Below the pieces are notes generated by a model, which was not told where the DNA came from, made no database searches, and worked only from the letters and a program-made list of their open reading frames with translations. Shown piece after piece: positions 1 through 10,123 of a DNA stretch of 64,000 bases (its first letter is position 1; every line of letters begins with the position of its first letter). The stretch is taken from positions 11,039 through 75,038 of the forward strand of contig DYOB01000002.1 of NCBI GenBank assembly GCA_020720765.1, read 5' to 3'. The DNA comes from Borreliella garinii (GTDB taxonomy: Bacteria; Spirochaetota; Spirochaetia; JABEVK01). Made by a program: the position numbers and the translations under genes.

Positions 1-933
1 GCCTTGCTTCCATTCAGGAATAGCCGCCGAACAAAGCTCTTCAGCAAGGGGACAACGGCTGGCAAAAGGACAACCCAGAGGCAGTCTGAGCGGGTCGGGA
101 GCATACCCCTGGGATTCTGGAAATACCTTATTTCCAGGTCTGTCACCCGGACGGATCAGCGAGTCTAAAAGCAAATTTGTATAAGGGTGGAGCGGAGTTT
201 TGAGAATAGTATCTGTTCGAGCTTCCTCCATCTGTAAACCACCGTACATAACGGTGATTCGGTCTGCGAACCGGTCCAAAAGTGCGAGGTTATGGGTAAT
301 AAATAAAACCGAAAGTTTCCTGGATTTTTGAAGGGATTTGATAAGATCGATAATCTGGGCTTGGATGGTGACATCGAGCGCTGTCGTCGGCTCGTCAGCT
401 ATCAGGACTTGGGGGGAATTCGCTAAGGCGAGGGCAATCATCACGCGCTGGAGCATGCCTCCGCTGAATTGGTGCGGGTAATTCCCCAGCCTGTTTTCAG
501 GGTCCGGAATTCTCACTTCTCCAAGGAGCTGCAAGGTCCTCTGGTGGATTTCGTTTTTCGGTACATGGGGGTGGTGGGCTAGTAGGGTTTCTTTAAAATT
601 GGCACCGATAGTAGCCAACGGATCAAAACTTCTTCCAGGTTCCTGGAATATCATAGCGACTTCCAAACCGCGGAAGGAACGCCATCTGTGGGCATCCCAA
701 CCTGCCTGATCTTCGCCCTTCCAAAGAATTTTTCCCGAACTCAGCCGCGCCGAAGCGGGTAAGAGTCCGAGAACTGCCGTGGCACTGACGCTCTTCCCCG
801 AACCGCTTTCCCCTACCAGGCCCAGGCATTCACCTTCGCTAAGGCTGAGATTAAACTGGCGCACTGCAGATAAGTTCCCCTGTGAAGTAGTAAAGTCGAC
901 AGAAAGATTTTCTATGCGCAAGAGCTCCTTCAC
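1..933 (-). CDS. oppD: Oligopeptide/dipeptide ABC transporter ATP-binding protein, OppD/DppD-like. The 3' end lies beyond the window start. It is absent from the ORF track because the stop codon is off-window.
   Basis: Manual translation of the minus strand gives a Walker A site ([12 protein letters not shown]), the ABC signature ([19 protein letters not shown]), Walker B ([12 protein letters not shown]) and an Opp-type C-terminal extension ([14 protein letters not shown]...CPFASRCP). A GTG start at 933 overlaps the oppC stop in a GTGA arrangement. The frame is continuous from 933 to position 1 with no stop. Confidence 0.85.
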   Translation of the reverse strand, partial: MKELLRIENLSVDFTTSQGNLSAVRQFNLSLSEGECLGLVGESGSGKSVSATAVLGLLPASARLSSGKILWKGEDQAGWDAHRWRSFRGLEVAMIFQEPGRSFDPLATIGANFKETLLAHHPHVPKNEIHQRTLQLLGEVRIPDPENRLGNYPHQFSGGMLQRVMIALALANSPQVLIADEPTTALDVTIQAQIIDLIKSLQKSRKLSVLFITHNLALLDRFADRITVMYGGLQMEEARTDTILKTPLHPYTNLLLDSLIRPGDRPGNKVFPESQGYAPDPLRLPLGCPFASRCPLAEELCSAAIPEWKQG

Positions 934-1991
934 GAGCGCCTCCCCAGAGTGTGCCACGGGTCCAACCAATCGCGGAGCCATTCACCCAAAAAGGTGAATG
1001 CAATACTCGTGACAATCAGGAAAAATCCAGGCCATAAAATCCATGGGTGGCGCTGAAGGTTGGAAAGTGTCGTCAGATCTCGGCTGATCATGCTGCCCCA
1101 GCTTACGGAAGGGTCGGCGATTCCCAGACCCAGGTAGCTTAAAACGGTTTCACTGAGGATAAAACCTGGTACACCCAGGGCGAAACTGACTATAAGTAGT
1201 GAACTCATCTGCGGAATAATGAGCTTCCACAAAATAGCTAAAACCGGGACACCGGAGAGTTTAGCCTCAAGTACAAATTCTTCTGCCTTAATGCTGTGCA
1301 CCATACCACGGATCATACGAGCTGTACCCGGCCACCCCACGAAGCTGAGAACCAGGGTAATTAAAATGTAACTTTGTCCCGAGTCGAGGTCACGGCTGAT
1401 GACGGACCGCAGAAAAAGGATAAGGTACAAACCAGGTATAAGAATCAGAAACTCGCTTAAACGCATCATCAGCGAATCGAGAATCCCTCCGAAATACCCC
1501 GCCAAGCCTCCCAAGGTCAGGGCAATTCCCAAGGAAATGAAGCTTGCGAAAAACCCCACAGTGAGGCTGATGCGGCTTCCCAAAAGGATGCGGCTGAAAA
1601 TATCGCGGCCGAGGCCGTCCCCCCCCATCAGGAAAATCGGTTCACTTCCTGATGAACCAAAGAGTTTATGCCGCATCGGGATAACACCCCACAGCCTATA
1701 TTCAGGAACTTCGGGAAACCACACTAGGAGTTCTTGGGTACCGCGGACTCGGACATAGTTCCAGGTGAGAGGATCACTGAGCGCCTGCTTCTGGACCTGG
1801 GGACCAAATCCCAATTTTTCCGAGGACCAGCTCAGGTTTGGTGGTAAAAAAACATGTTTACTGAAAAGCTGGTTGGCCTCGTAGGGGGCGAGGAAATCTG
1901 CAGAGATAAGAAGAAAATAGAGAAATGCCAGGATGAGAAAACTCAAAAAAGCTACAGGGCTGCGTCGGAGCGAGGACCAGAAGAGTTTCAT
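930..1991 (-). CDS. oppC: Oligopeptide ABC transporter permease, OppC/DppC-like.
   Basis: 353-aa polytopic membrane protein with a binding-protein-dependent transport signature region (LGSRISLTVGFFASFISLGIALTLGGLAGYFGG). Its position between OppB-like and OppD-like genes fits, and it overlaps its neighbours by 4 nt. Confidence 0.85.
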   Translation of the reverse strand: MKLFWSSLRRSPVAFLSFLILAFLYFLLISADFLAPYEANQLFSKHVFLPPNLSWSSEKLGFGPQVQKQALSDPLTWNYVRVRGTQELLVWFPEVPEYRLWGVIPMRHKLFGSSGSEPIFLMGGDGLGRDIFSRILLGSRISLTVGFFASFISLGIALTLGGLAGYFGGILDSLMMRLSEFLILIPGLYLILFLRSVISRDLDSGQSYILITLVLSFVGWPGTARMIRGMVHSIKAEEFVLEAKLSGVPVLAILWKLIIPQMSSLLIVSFALGVPGFILSETVLSYLGLGIADPSVSWGSMISRDLTTLSNLQRHPWILWPGFFLIVTSIAFTFLGEWLRDWLDPWHTLGRRS

Positions 1992-3067
1992 TCGGATGGC
2001 CTCGAAGAATACCTGATCCGTGGATCGACAAGGGCGAGCAGGATGTCCGAGATAAGCATGCCAACAAGGATTAGAACGCTCGTGAACATGAGATTGGTCA
2101 CTACCAAATTGATATCTTCCTGGCGGACGGCTTCGTACATGAGGCGACCTAATCCGGGGTAGGAGAAAATGATTTCCAAAATGAGACTTCCCGAGAAAAG
2201 CCCGGCCAGGAGGTTGGAACTCGATGTAATAAAAGGGTTCATCGTGTTGCGGAAAGCGTGCGCGTACGTGATGCGTTTTTCAGAAACCCCCCTGGACCGA
2301 AGAGCTGTGATATAGGGCTGACCGAGCTGGTCCAGCATCGTGGCCCGAACCATGCGCATGGTGCCGCCGATACCGCCGATAAACGCTGCAAACAAGGGCA
2401 GAAATATATGGTGGAGGTAGCTGAAGGAAAAACCTACAGGGTTTTCGTTAAAGGGAAAAGAAGGGTAAGCGGTCACGGGGAAAAGTCCCGACCAGGAAGC
2501 GAAGAGCTGCAGCAGGATCAGCAGGAGCAGGGACGGGAATGCGTGAAAAAAGAGGCCGAAAAAACCAGCCACCATATCGACCCGGGTTCCAGCTTTTCTG
2601 GAAAGGGAAATGGCGACGGCAAAACTCGCCAGGGTAAGTATCACGAGACTAATTAGATTCAGAATAAGGCTATTGCGCATCCTGTCGGCCATCAGAAAAG
2701 CGACAGGAGCACGGTTGATAAGAGAACGGCCTAAGTCTCCCTGAATGACTCTCCCCAACCAGGCACCGTACTGTACCCAAAATGGTTTATCAAGTAAGAG
2801 AATAGCTTTATAGGAGGCTATAGCCTCCTCCGTATACTGGTTATCAGCCCTTCTGAAGTTGGAATCGGAGAACATTTGGCTCTTAACGTACGAATCCACG
2901 ATGTCTCCCGGCGCAAGGCTCATCAGGCCGAAGACCGCCAGCCCCAGCACAAGAAGCATGGTTACGATACCGAAGGAACGCTGCACCACAAAGGAAGCCA
3001 AGGGGTGCTTTTGCTTCCAGTGTAAAAGTAATCGGATGGGTTTTAAGAAAGTATCCTTTAGTGACAT
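1988..3067 (-). CDS. oppB: Oligopeptide ABC transporter permease, OppB/DppB-like.
   Basis: 359 aa with an N-terminal TM segment, a periplasmic loop and the conserved permease region. It sits between the substrate-binding protein gene and the OppC-like gene. Confidence 0.85.
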   Translation of the reverse strand: MSLKDTFLKPIRLLLHWKQKHPLASFVVQRSFGIVTMLLVLGLAVFGLMSLAPGDIVDSYVKSQMFSDSNFRRADNQYTEEAIASYKAILLLDKPFWVQYGAWLGRVIQGDLGRSLINRAPVAFLMADRMRNSLILNLISLVILTLASFAVAISLSRKAGTRVDMVAGFFGLFFHAFPSLLLLILLQLFASWSGLFPVTAYPSFPFNENPVGFSFSYLHHIFLPLFAAFIGGIGGTMRMVRATMLDQLGQPYITALRSRGVSEKRITYAHAFRNTMNPFITSSSNLLAGLFSGSLILEIIFSYPGLGRLMYEAVRQEDINLVVTNLMFTSVLILVGMLISDILLALVDPRIRYSSRPSE

Positions 3068-3068
3068 A

Positions 3069-4865
3069 TCACTCTTTTTGAAAAAGATACAATAAGTTTA
3101 AACCACCCAAATTATCATGAACAACATTGCCCCAAATATTACGTACTGCGATGAGGCTAAGCGGATGAACAGTGTAAGTGAGCGGAACTTGTTCTAATAT
3201 TAACTTCTGATATTCATCGTATATAAGTTTTCTTTTGGTTTGGTCCAAGGTATATCTACCTTGGTTAAATAATTCATCAAGCCTTGTTTCCCATTCAGTA
3301 GCTGGTTCTTCCTGAAGGGGATGCCATAAGTGGAAATTACCGCTTGAGAGCCAAACATTCGGGCCGCCTTCCGGCCAATAATTCGATCCCAACGCTACTG
3401 TTACTAAATGCCAATCGAATGTTTTAGTTAATTGTTCGACCAATTTTTGAAAATCGATGGGTCGAACTCTGCCGTTGATCCCAATCTGTTTGAGCTCGTC
3501 GCTGAAAATATTCATCATATCGACGCCCACGTTATATTCTGACCCTACAATAATATCAAAAACCACAGGGCGTCCTTCAGGGTCAAGCATAGTACCGTCT
3601 TCGCCACGAAGGAAGCCTTCCTCAGCCAATAAGGCAAGGGCACGTTCCGGATTGTAGGTATAAGGAAGGGTTATATCGGGGTCAAACATGGGGTTGGCTA
3701 CCGCAAAGAAGTGATGCGCTGGCACCGCTAATCCACGAAAAGCTTGTTGCGCAATCCTCTCTCGGTTAAGTAGGCAGGAAAGGGCTTGTCGGAACTTGAT
3801 CCGCTTCATCCAACTATATACAACAGGGTCCATATTGGTAGGGTGTTGATTAAAGGCAACTAGGGCTGAACCAAGGCTTCGATTCCCAAAGTAGATAGTA
3901 AAATCTTTGTTTTCAATATCCTTTAACTGAGCTAAATCTTCAGGACGTAAGGAAAATGCGTCTTTCTCCCCCTGTAGGAATACAAGAAGTTCAGTTTGGG
4001 TGTCCGGAATGATACGATAGATTATCCTGTCAATATAAGGAAGTCGGTTTCCTTCTTTATCCTTCTTCCAATAGTTTGGGTTCTTTTGGGCTACAACTCT
4101 AACACCGGGTTCATAGCTGATGATATGAAACGCTCCGATCGAGGGCAAAAGCTGTGGATCGGTATCGATACTTTGAAGGTCGAGCATGGCTGTCGCTCCT
4201 AAACTTCTCTTAACAGGTTCAAAAATGTGCTTAGGACCAAATTCAGTCCAACCGTAGAGCAAAGGATTAGCAATAATACGAGGAAATACCATCCGGAAAG
4301 TTTTTTCATCAATTTTTTCTATGGTGATTGCTTTTTCAGAACCGTCAGGCATAGCAATAAAACGTCCACTATAGCCGGGTTGTTGCAGCGACACATCGCC
4401 TTCCACTTCATCGTACCAGAAAATAACGTCATCGCTTGTAACTTTGACCCCTTGTTCTTGAGATTGGCCAGGGAGTGTCCAATAAAGATCGTCTCTTAAA
4501 GTGTAGACTACAGAGAGTTTGTCTTTTTCTTCATCAGCCTCAACTACAAAGCTTGCCAAATTGGGCTCGAACTCCCTTGTATAGGGATTATAATCAATAA
4601 TAGTATCATAAAGCAGTGAAGTGATTTTTCCGGTATCACCATCACGGGCATTCAGGGTGTTAAAAGATTTAGGATCGTTATTGATGCTGGCTGTCCAAGT
4701 TCCGCCGTAACGCCCGATTTCCCATTCCCCGCCGCCGGGCTTGTAAACTGTGCCTTCAAGTTCGGGATTATTTTGGAATTGTGCCACATCCTCCAGACTG
4801 ACTTCCTCCTGGGCTGAACATCCGAAAAAGTTCAAAGCAGCTAAAATCAAAAAGTACCCTTTCAT
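3069..4865 (-). CDS. oppA: Oligopeptide ABC transporter substrate-binding lipoprotein, OppA family (SBP family 5).
   Basis: About 598 aa when started at MKGYFLILAALNFFGC (lipoprotein signal with a LNFFGC lipobox); the longer ORF that reaches 4964 would overlap rnb. Family-5 SBP-like sequence heads the oppBCD operon. Confidence 0.8.
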   Translation of the reverse strand: MKGYFLILAALNFFGCSAQEEVSLEDVAQFQNNPELEGTVYKPGGGEWEIGRYGGTWTASINNDPKSFNTLNARDGDTGKITSLLYDTIIDYNPYTREFEPNLASFVVEADEEKDKLSVVYTLRDDLYWTLPGQSQEQGVKVTSDDVIFWYDEVEGDVSLQQPGYSGRFIAMPDGSEKAITIEKIDEKTFRMVFPRIIANPLLYGWTEFGPKHIFEPVKRSLGATAMLDLQSIDTDPQLLPSIGAFHIISYEPGVRVVAQKNPNYWKKDKEGNRLPYIDRIIYRIIPDTQTELLVFLQGEKDAFSLRPEDLAQLKDIENKDFTIYFGNRSLGSALVAFNQHPTNMDPVVYSWMKRIKFRQALSCLLNRERIAQQAFRGLAVPAHHFFAVANPMFDPDITLPYTYNPERALALLAEEGFLRGEDGTMLDPEGRPVVFDIIVGSEYNVGVDMMNIFSDELKQIGINGRVRPIDFQKLVEQLTKTFDWHLVTVALGSNYWPEGGPNVWLSSGNFHLWHPLQEEPATEWETRLDELFNQGRYTLDQTKRKLIYDEYQKLILEQVPLTYTVHPLSLIAVRNIWGNVVHDNLGGLNLLYLFQKE

Positions 4866-4920
4866 ACAACCTCCTAGTAATACCATAGACAAAAATGTAA
4901 AAATACTGATCCTCAATATA

Positions 4921-6729
4921 ATGAATTCCGGAAACCTTGTCCTGTACAAATCAAAACCCGCCATCCTGCTTTCCGTTGGGGAAAAACTGGAAATCCAACT
5001 CCAGGATGGAACTCAGCTTAAAGTCAGGGAAAAGGACCTTCTTTGGCTCCATGACGGACCTCTTACCAATTTTTCCCAGCTTGCTGAACAAGACTATGCA
5101 CAAAGCCTCGAAGAAGCCTACAACATCCTCGAAGGAAGCAGTACTACATTGAAGGAACTGACTTCCCTTGTAGCCTCAGAAACCGGACCGGGGGAGACTT
5201 GGAATGTTTGGGTTCAAGCCCTGGGGGAATGGTACGAAGGTACCCCGGATAACCTTGTCCCCATAAACCCTGGAGTTCGGCAGAAAAAAGCCCAGGATAG
5301 GGAGGCCAAAGACGCTAAACAGAAAGAATGGGAAGAATCCCTGGGTAATCTTATACGGGGGGTTTGGACAGAGAAAGAAAAGCCGCTTCTTACAGAGGTT
5401 GAATCCTACGCCATGGGTCGAATTCCCTCCTCACGAATTTTAAAAGCTGCTGGAAAAAAAGAAACCCCCGAAAGTGCCCATTATTGGCTCCTGCAGCTGG
5501 GATTCTGGAAAAATGACAGAGATCCTGCGCCTGAAAGAATGGGATTGAAAACCTTTGCCCCTGAAATACTTCTAAAATCCCCAAGGCTTGAGGGACGGAA
5601 GGACCTTCGCGACCTTCCCGCCTTTGCCATTGACGACGAGGGAAACCAGGACCCTGACGACGCCATCAGCTGGGACGGTAACCGGTTGTGGGTTCATATC
5701 GCAGACCCGGCGTGCATCATAGAAATGGATGATGATGCAGATTTGGAAGCACGTTCCAGGGGCGCCACCCTGTATTTACCGCAATTGACATCTCCCATGC
5801 TGCCTCTTTCAGCTGTTAGGTCTTTGGGATTGGGTTTAGCAGAGGAGAGTCCTGCCTTAAGTTTTTCGTTGGGTCTCTCAAAAGAGGGGACGATCGAGGA
5901 TATCCTAGTCATCCCCTCGCTTATCCGGGTCCGCAGACTGACCTATAACGAGGCCGACGGGCTTCTCGACAGTCCTGACTTTCAAGATCTTTATAGAATA
6001 ACTCGGCTTTCTGGTGAAAACCGTAAGAAAAACGGCTCTATCCAACTCAAACTTCCCGAAGTGAAAATTCACTATACAAATCTTGCAGTAAAAATCCTCC
6101 CGGTTCTCCCCCTCGAAAGCAGGGCGATGGTGACCGAGTCCATGCTTCTGGCCGGACAGGCTGCCGCACTCTGGGCCCAGGCAGAGAGTTTGCCTTTTGC
6201 CTTTTCAAGGCAGGACGCACCCGAAAATCCTGTGCCCCCGGGAGACGACCTCGCCTCGCAATTTGCAACGCGCAAACAGTTGAAAAAAGCCTCTTTGGGT
6301 TCTTCACCGGGGCGCCACGCGGGTTTGGGGCTGGATGCTTATACCCAAGTTACAAGCCCATTGAGACGTTATCTTGATCTTACGGCGCACCAGCAAATCC
6401 GCAGGAGGCTCGCGGGGGAACAACCTATCAGTTATCAGGATATGAGCGTCAGAATCTCCATTGCTGAGGAGGCTTCGGGATTAAACCGCAAATGCGAACG
6501 CCTGAGCCGCATGCATTTTACCCTTTTGTGGCATTTGGAAAATCCCGACTGGGTTGGTGAAGGGGTGATTGTCGAAAAGAAAGAAAGCCAAGCCGTTATC
6601 TTGGTACCGGAAACAGCCCTGGAAACCCGCATACCCTGGAAAAGCGGTTACGAGCTCAACCAAATTCTCACCCTCAAGGCCACAGAGATTTCCCTTCCAC
6701 ACCAGAGTATCCGTATGACGGTTCAATAA
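4921..6729 (+). CDS. rnb: RNB-domain 3'-5' exoribonuclease of the RNase II/R family.
   Basis: RNB catalytic motifs are present (DAKDIDDAIS-like FAIDDEGNQDPDDAISW, VHIADPA, and HAGLGLDAYTQVTSPLRRYLDLTAHQQI). Started at MNSGNLV at 4921, because the longer ORF from 4750 overlaps the divergent oppA. Confidence 0.8.
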   Translation: MNSGNLVLYKSKPAILLSVGEKLEIQLQDGTQLKVREKDLLWLHDGPLTNFSQLAEQDYAQSLEEAYNILEGSSTTLKELTSLVASETGPGETWNVWVQALGEWYEGTPDNLVPINPGVRQKKAQDREAKDAKQKEWEESLGNLIRGVWTEKEKPLLTEVESYAMGRIPSSRILKAAGKKETPESAHYWLLQLGFWKNDRDPAPERMGLKTFAPEILLKSPRLEGRKDLRDLPAFAIDDEGNQDPDDAISWDGNRLWVHIADPACIIEMDDDADLEARSRGATLYLPQLTSPMLPLSAVRSLGLGLAEESPALSFSLGLSKEGTIEDILVIPSLIRVRRLTYNEADGLLDSPDFQDLYRITRLSGENRKKNGSIQLKLPEVKIHYTNLAVKILPVLPLESRAMVTESMLLAGQAAALWAQAESLPFAFSRQDAPENPVPPGDDLASQFATRKQLKKASLGSSPGRHAGLGLDAYTQVTSPLRRYLDLTAHQQIRRRLAGEQPISYQDMSVRISIAEEASGLNRKCERLSRMHFTLLWHLENPDWVGEGVIVEKKESQAVILVPETALETRIPWKSGYELNQILTLKATEISLPHQSIRMTVQ

Positions 6730-7316
6730 GTATCTCGGTTCATCGCTTCAAAATCAGCCCTGACGCGTTCGAGCCTGGTTAAGTGGCGTTGGATGATGGC
6801 CTCATAGTTGAGTTCGCCTGATTGGATTTTATCGGACTGGTCTATCCAGAAACGGATTTCCTCAAGCTGAATAAGAGGTGAGGCGGCTGCCTTTTCAGAC
6901 CATAACTTAGCCTGGTCCCAGTAGGCGAGGGCTGCCTTGTACCATTCCTCCGCTTTTTTCAGGGATTCGAGGTTTTCCCGCTGCCATGGGGCGTTATAGA
7001 AAAACGCCGTTTGTTTGTCGAAAGCATTTGCCATTATCAAATAATTTTCGATCATCCTCAGACAGACTTGGGTGTAAAACAGGTTTCTGTACCTTTCCCA
7101 CTGAACCGCAGTTTGAATCCGGGCAAGCGCATTCAGGGGATTGGCAAAATCGGCCCGCATGGCCTGTTCAAGAAAATGGATATTTTCGGCAGCTTGGACA
7201 GGGTCCATATAGAGCTGTCTATGCACCATTTTATAGTACTGTTCTGCAAAAAAGAGTTTATAGCTGAAGGCCGGGAGTGCAAGAAAAAGAAAAATTACTG
7301 GAAAGAGCTTCTTCAT
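6723..7316 (-). CDS. Hypothetical secreted alpha-helical protein.
   Basis: 197 aa with an N-terminal signal peptide (MKKLFPVIFLFLALPAFS). It lies 6 bp downstream of tmk on the same strand. I recognise no family. Confidence 0.5.
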   Translation of the reverse strand: MKKLFPVIFLFLALPAFSYKLFFAEQYYKMVHRQLYMDPVQAAENIHFLEQAMRADFANPLNALARIQTAVQWERYRNLFYTQVCLRMIENYLIMANAFDKQTAFFYNAPWQRENLESLKKAEEWYKAALAYWDQAKLWSEKAAASPLIQLEEIRFWIDQSDKIQSGELNYEAIIQRHLTRLERVRADFEAMNRDTY

Positions 7317-7322
7317 ACTCTA

Positions 7323-7949
7323 TTATCGGATGGATGTGAGAATACTCAAAATCCCCTCGAAGATTTCATCCGGACTTTTTTCAGCGTCAAGTGCGAAGAC
7401 CTGTGAACCGCGGGTTTCGGCCCACTGGAAGGCTTTTAAATAGTTTTCCCGAACCAACCTCTGTTTCTCAACTTCCTCGAAAATCTCCCTCGTTCCTCCC
7501 CGGTGTTCCACCCTCTTCATCCCCGATTCAGGTTGGATGTCGAGAAAAATTACCTTTTCCGGGAGTGGAATCCCGAAGTTGAAGAGCTGCACAGTTTCCC
7601 AGTCGAGATCGAGCGTCTGGTAAGCTAAACTCGATAAAACACAACGGTCTGAGAGAACTAGGTTCCTTTCCAGGGTTTTTGAATAGGTACCAGTACCGGG
7701 AGAAAATAATTGTTCCCTACGGTCCGCAGCGAAGAGTTGGGCAAGTGTTGCTGGCGTGCAGGATTCCTTTCCCTGGAGAAATGACCTCAAAAGAAGCCCG
7801 ATGGGATTTCGGGTGGGTTCCCTAACAAAAATCCAAGGCTTATGATTTTGCAGCGCCCATTCGGAAAATTTGTTCCATTGGGTGGTTGTCCCGCAGCCAT
7901 CTAGCCCTTCGAGGGCGAAATAACCCGGCAAAAAGGTAGTTTCATTCAT
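7323..7949 (-). CDS. tmk: Thymidylate kinase.
   Basis: P-loop FALEGLDGCGTTTQ and the dTMP-kinase fold pattern. The likely start is MNETTF rather than the longer ORF start at 7976. Confidence 0.85.
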   Translation of the reverse strand: MNETTFLPGYFALEGLDGCGTTTQWNKFSEWALQNHKPWIFVREPTRNPIGLLLRSFLQGKESCTPATLAQLFAADRREQLFSPGTGTYSKTLERNLVLSDRCVLSSLAYQTLDLDWETVQLFNFGIPLPEKVIFLDIQPESGMKRVEHRGGTREIFEEVEKQRLVRENYLKAFQWAETRGSQVFALDAEKSPDEIFEGILSILTSIR

Positions 7950-7963
7950 GGACCCTGAGTATA

Positions 7964-9082
7964 ATGAAAAACTCAATGCAAAAAAAGAGAATTCTTATCT
8001 TTTTATTCATTCTCTTATGTCTGAAGATCTTCCCCCAAGAGGTGAGAACCATCGATATTCTTTCCGAAGGCACAGGTTTCTTCAGCCTCCCTGTACCACC
8101 GGAACTGGTCTTTCCCACAGTGATATTAATACCTGAAAATGAGCTGTCTTTTATCGATGCAAAGGAAGTAAAAAATTCTTTGCATCAAGTTGCAACTTTT
8201 TATCCTCCGGAAAACCCAGACGGTCCGACTCTACGTTATTCGTGGGAATACCTCGCTTCACTATCAAATCAAGATTTGGCTCTAAGCGGCACAGTCTACG
8301 CAAGCCAGGGACTTTTGCTTTTTGGAGTTGGGGCAAATTACCGTCATTTCGAGGAACAAAAAATTTCGTACAGTTTTCTTGCAGATCCCATCCTTTTATG
8401 GGGCGATTTTCAACCCCTAAACGAACCTTCTCTGTTAGGTGCGAACTTACACTATGATTTCGACTTGGAAAGTCTCATTTTTAAAGCAGATGCTGGATTG
8501 GTTAAGGTTTTCCCTTCAAGCCAGCTCGATTGGAACTACTCGGGACAGTTCGTGTATGTTTTTCAAAATATGGAATTTCACGGAGGTATCGGAGGAAAGA
8601 CAGGCCGGGAGCTTTTGCCGATTGTCGGTTATTCCTATTCTTCTTCAATTTGGAGTATGTTTATCCAGTACGGTTTGGATTCGATGAAGGATTATGATGA
8701 TTATTTCCCTGGTCCTCTGGGACAATTTTATTTAAGGTTCGGAGAAGGAATTTCTGCTGAAATCCACCTTGAAATCCCCTTCGATACTTGGGAAAAATCG
8801 CATTTACAGGTTTTCTATTCCCAAGACCTATCTGTAAGTTTTAATGCATTCGCAAGATTGTATTTGGAGGGGTTTTCTGCCGACGCTGAAAAAAAAGCTG
8901 TTTTTGGTATAGAATGGAAAAATGATGGTTTCTTGTCAGTTGGCGCAGGTCCCAGATTTCTTGGAACCGAACCCGGTATTTCTTTTCGAAGCACCTGGGA
9001 TTTTCTATTTGGAAGGCTAAGTGCCGATGTTACCGGCTGGAATACCTGGACATTTTCTTTAGAAGGAGCATTGCAACTCTGA
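7964..9082 (+). CDS. Hypothetical secreted protein with amphipathic beta-strand periodicity. It is a candidate outer-membrane beta-barrel and the first gene of the Tol/Ton-TamB-BamA operon.
   Basis: Signal peptide MKNSMQKKRILIFLFILLCLKIF. The C-terminal two-thirds show alternating aromatic/hydrophobic patterns (GQFVYVFQNMEF, LQVFYSQDLSVSFNAFARLYLEGF, WNTWTFSLEGALQL). Its stop overlaps the exbB start in a TGATG arrangement. Confidence 0.55.
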   Translation: MKNSMQKKRILIFLFILLCLKIFPQEVRTIDILSEGTGFFSLPVPPELVFPTVILIPENELSFIDAKEVKNSLHQVATFYPPENPDGPTLRYSWEYLASLSNQDLALSGTVYASQGLLLFGVGANYRHFEEQKISYSFLADPILLWGDFQPLNEPSLLGANLHYDFDLESLIFKADAGLVKVFPSSQLDWNYSGQFVYVFQNMEFHGGIGGKTGRELLPIVGYSYSSSIWSMFIQYGLDSMKDYDDYFPGPLGQFYLRFGEGISAEIHLEIPFDTWEKSHLQVFYSQDLSVSFNAFARLYLEGFSADAEKKAVFGIEWKNDGFLSVGAGPRFLGTEPGISFRSTWDFLFGRLSADVTGWNTWTFSLEGALQL

Positions 9083-9714
9083 TGGATATTTGGAACCCGC
9101 TAAATTGGTTTTTTTACATTCCCCTTCTTCTCTTGTCAACAACTTCGATCGCCATAATTCTCGAAAGGGCCCACCTCTACTATAAAACCCCCCTTCTTAA
9201 AACAGGGCAATATCAAAACCTCCTGACGGCTCTTAGAAAGAGGGATCTTAACCCGATTTCAGATTTTTTGAACTCGAACAAATCCAGTGAAATAGAACTG
9301 GTAAAAGATTTTCTGCTCTTCCGAAAAGTCCCTAACGCTAATCTGGATCTTCAGGTTGAACTAAGAGCCAGAGAAATCATCCAGAATAAGGAAGAACGCC
9401 TAGATATTCTGGGTTCGATCAGCGGAATAGCCACACTTATCGGGTTATTTGGAACGGTAACGGGTATGATCTGGAGTTTTTCGGCGATGAGCAGTCTAGG
9501 CAGGGCGGATCCCGCTGTGCTATCCGGCGGTATCGCCCAGGCTCTAATCACCACGGCAGCCGGTCTCACGGTAGCCATTCCAAGTTTAGCGGCCACCAGC
9601 ATTTTCAGATTCTTTTTGCGTACGCTAACACTGCGCCTCGAGTTTTTATCCGAGGAAATGATTGCACTGCCTGTTCGAAAAGAGGTGAATGAACATGGCT
9701 CGACGCAGAGTTAA
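9082..9714 (+). CDS. exbB: MotA/TolQ/ExbB family proton-channel protein.
   Basis: 210 aa with three TM segments and the conserved GLFGTVTGMIWSF / ITTAAGLTVAIP motifs of TolQ/ExbB. Confidence 0.85.
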   Translation: MDIWNPLNWFFYIPLLLLSTTSIAIILERAHLYYKTPLLKTGQYQNLLTALRKRDLNPISDFLNSNKSSEIELVKDFLLFRKVPNANLDLQVELRAREIIQNKEERLDILGSISGIATLIGLFGTVTGMIWSFSAMSSLGRADPAVLSGGIAQALITTAAGLTVAIPSLAATSIFRFFLRTLTLRLEFLSEEMIALPVRKEVNEHGSTQS

Positions 9715-10123
9715 ACTCACTCAGGACAGTCAAAACCTTGAAAGTCTGCCGCTAACGCCTCTTATGGATATTATCTTTCTTGTGACGATATTTTTTGTCC
9801 TCACAGCTGGTGCCTCGTTAAATACCGCACTGGATTTGGATTTACCAAAAGCAGAAACAGGAACGAGCTCCCTTGAAACCTCCCTGCGTATTATTGTGCG
9901 TTCACCGCAGTCAATGACCATTAACGAAAAGGAAACCTCGCTCGATGGATTTCCAGATCTACTTTCTCAAGTTATTCAAGAATCGAATATAGAAAATACC
10001 TCCGAAGTGACACTGTTGGGTTCGGAAGACATTTCCTACGGACTCCTTGTGCGCGTTATGGACAATTTACGGTCCCTGGGTTTTTACCGTATTTCCTTAA
10101 TTACCCAGGCTACATCGCAATGA
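9689..10123 (+). CDS. exbD: ExbD/TolR family biopolymer transport protein.
   Basis: 144 aa with a single N-terminal TM segment (LTPLMDIIFLVTIFFVLTAG) and the LDLDLPKA motif typical of ExbD/TolR. An alternative ATG lies at 9695. Confidence 0.85.
   Translation: MNMARRRVKLTQDSQNLESLPLTPLMDIIFLVTIFFVLTAGASLNTALDLDLPKAETGTSSLETSLRIIVRSPQSMTINEKETSLDGFPDLLSQVIQESNIENTSEVTLLGSEDISYGLLVRVMDNLRSLGFYRISLITQATSQ

Noticed and set aside
165-829. Two short minus-strand ORFs from the track (165..374 and 623..829) in the first kilobase.
   Set aside because: Both lie in the wrong frames inside the OppD-like gene. The real ABC ATPase frame is continuous from 933 to position 1, and was missing from the track because its stop is off-window.
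1-4900. An impression that the opp operon is GC-richer than the rest of the window, a possible horizontal acquisition.
   Set aside because: Eyeball counts of individual 60-nt lines range from 38% to 62% GC both inside and outside the region. The impression is not robust without a sliding-window computation.
4750-4920. An N-terminal extension of about 57 aa on the rnb ORF in the track.
   Set aside because: It overlaps the divergent oppA coding region on the opposite strand. The Met at 4921 gives a sensible intergenic promoter region.
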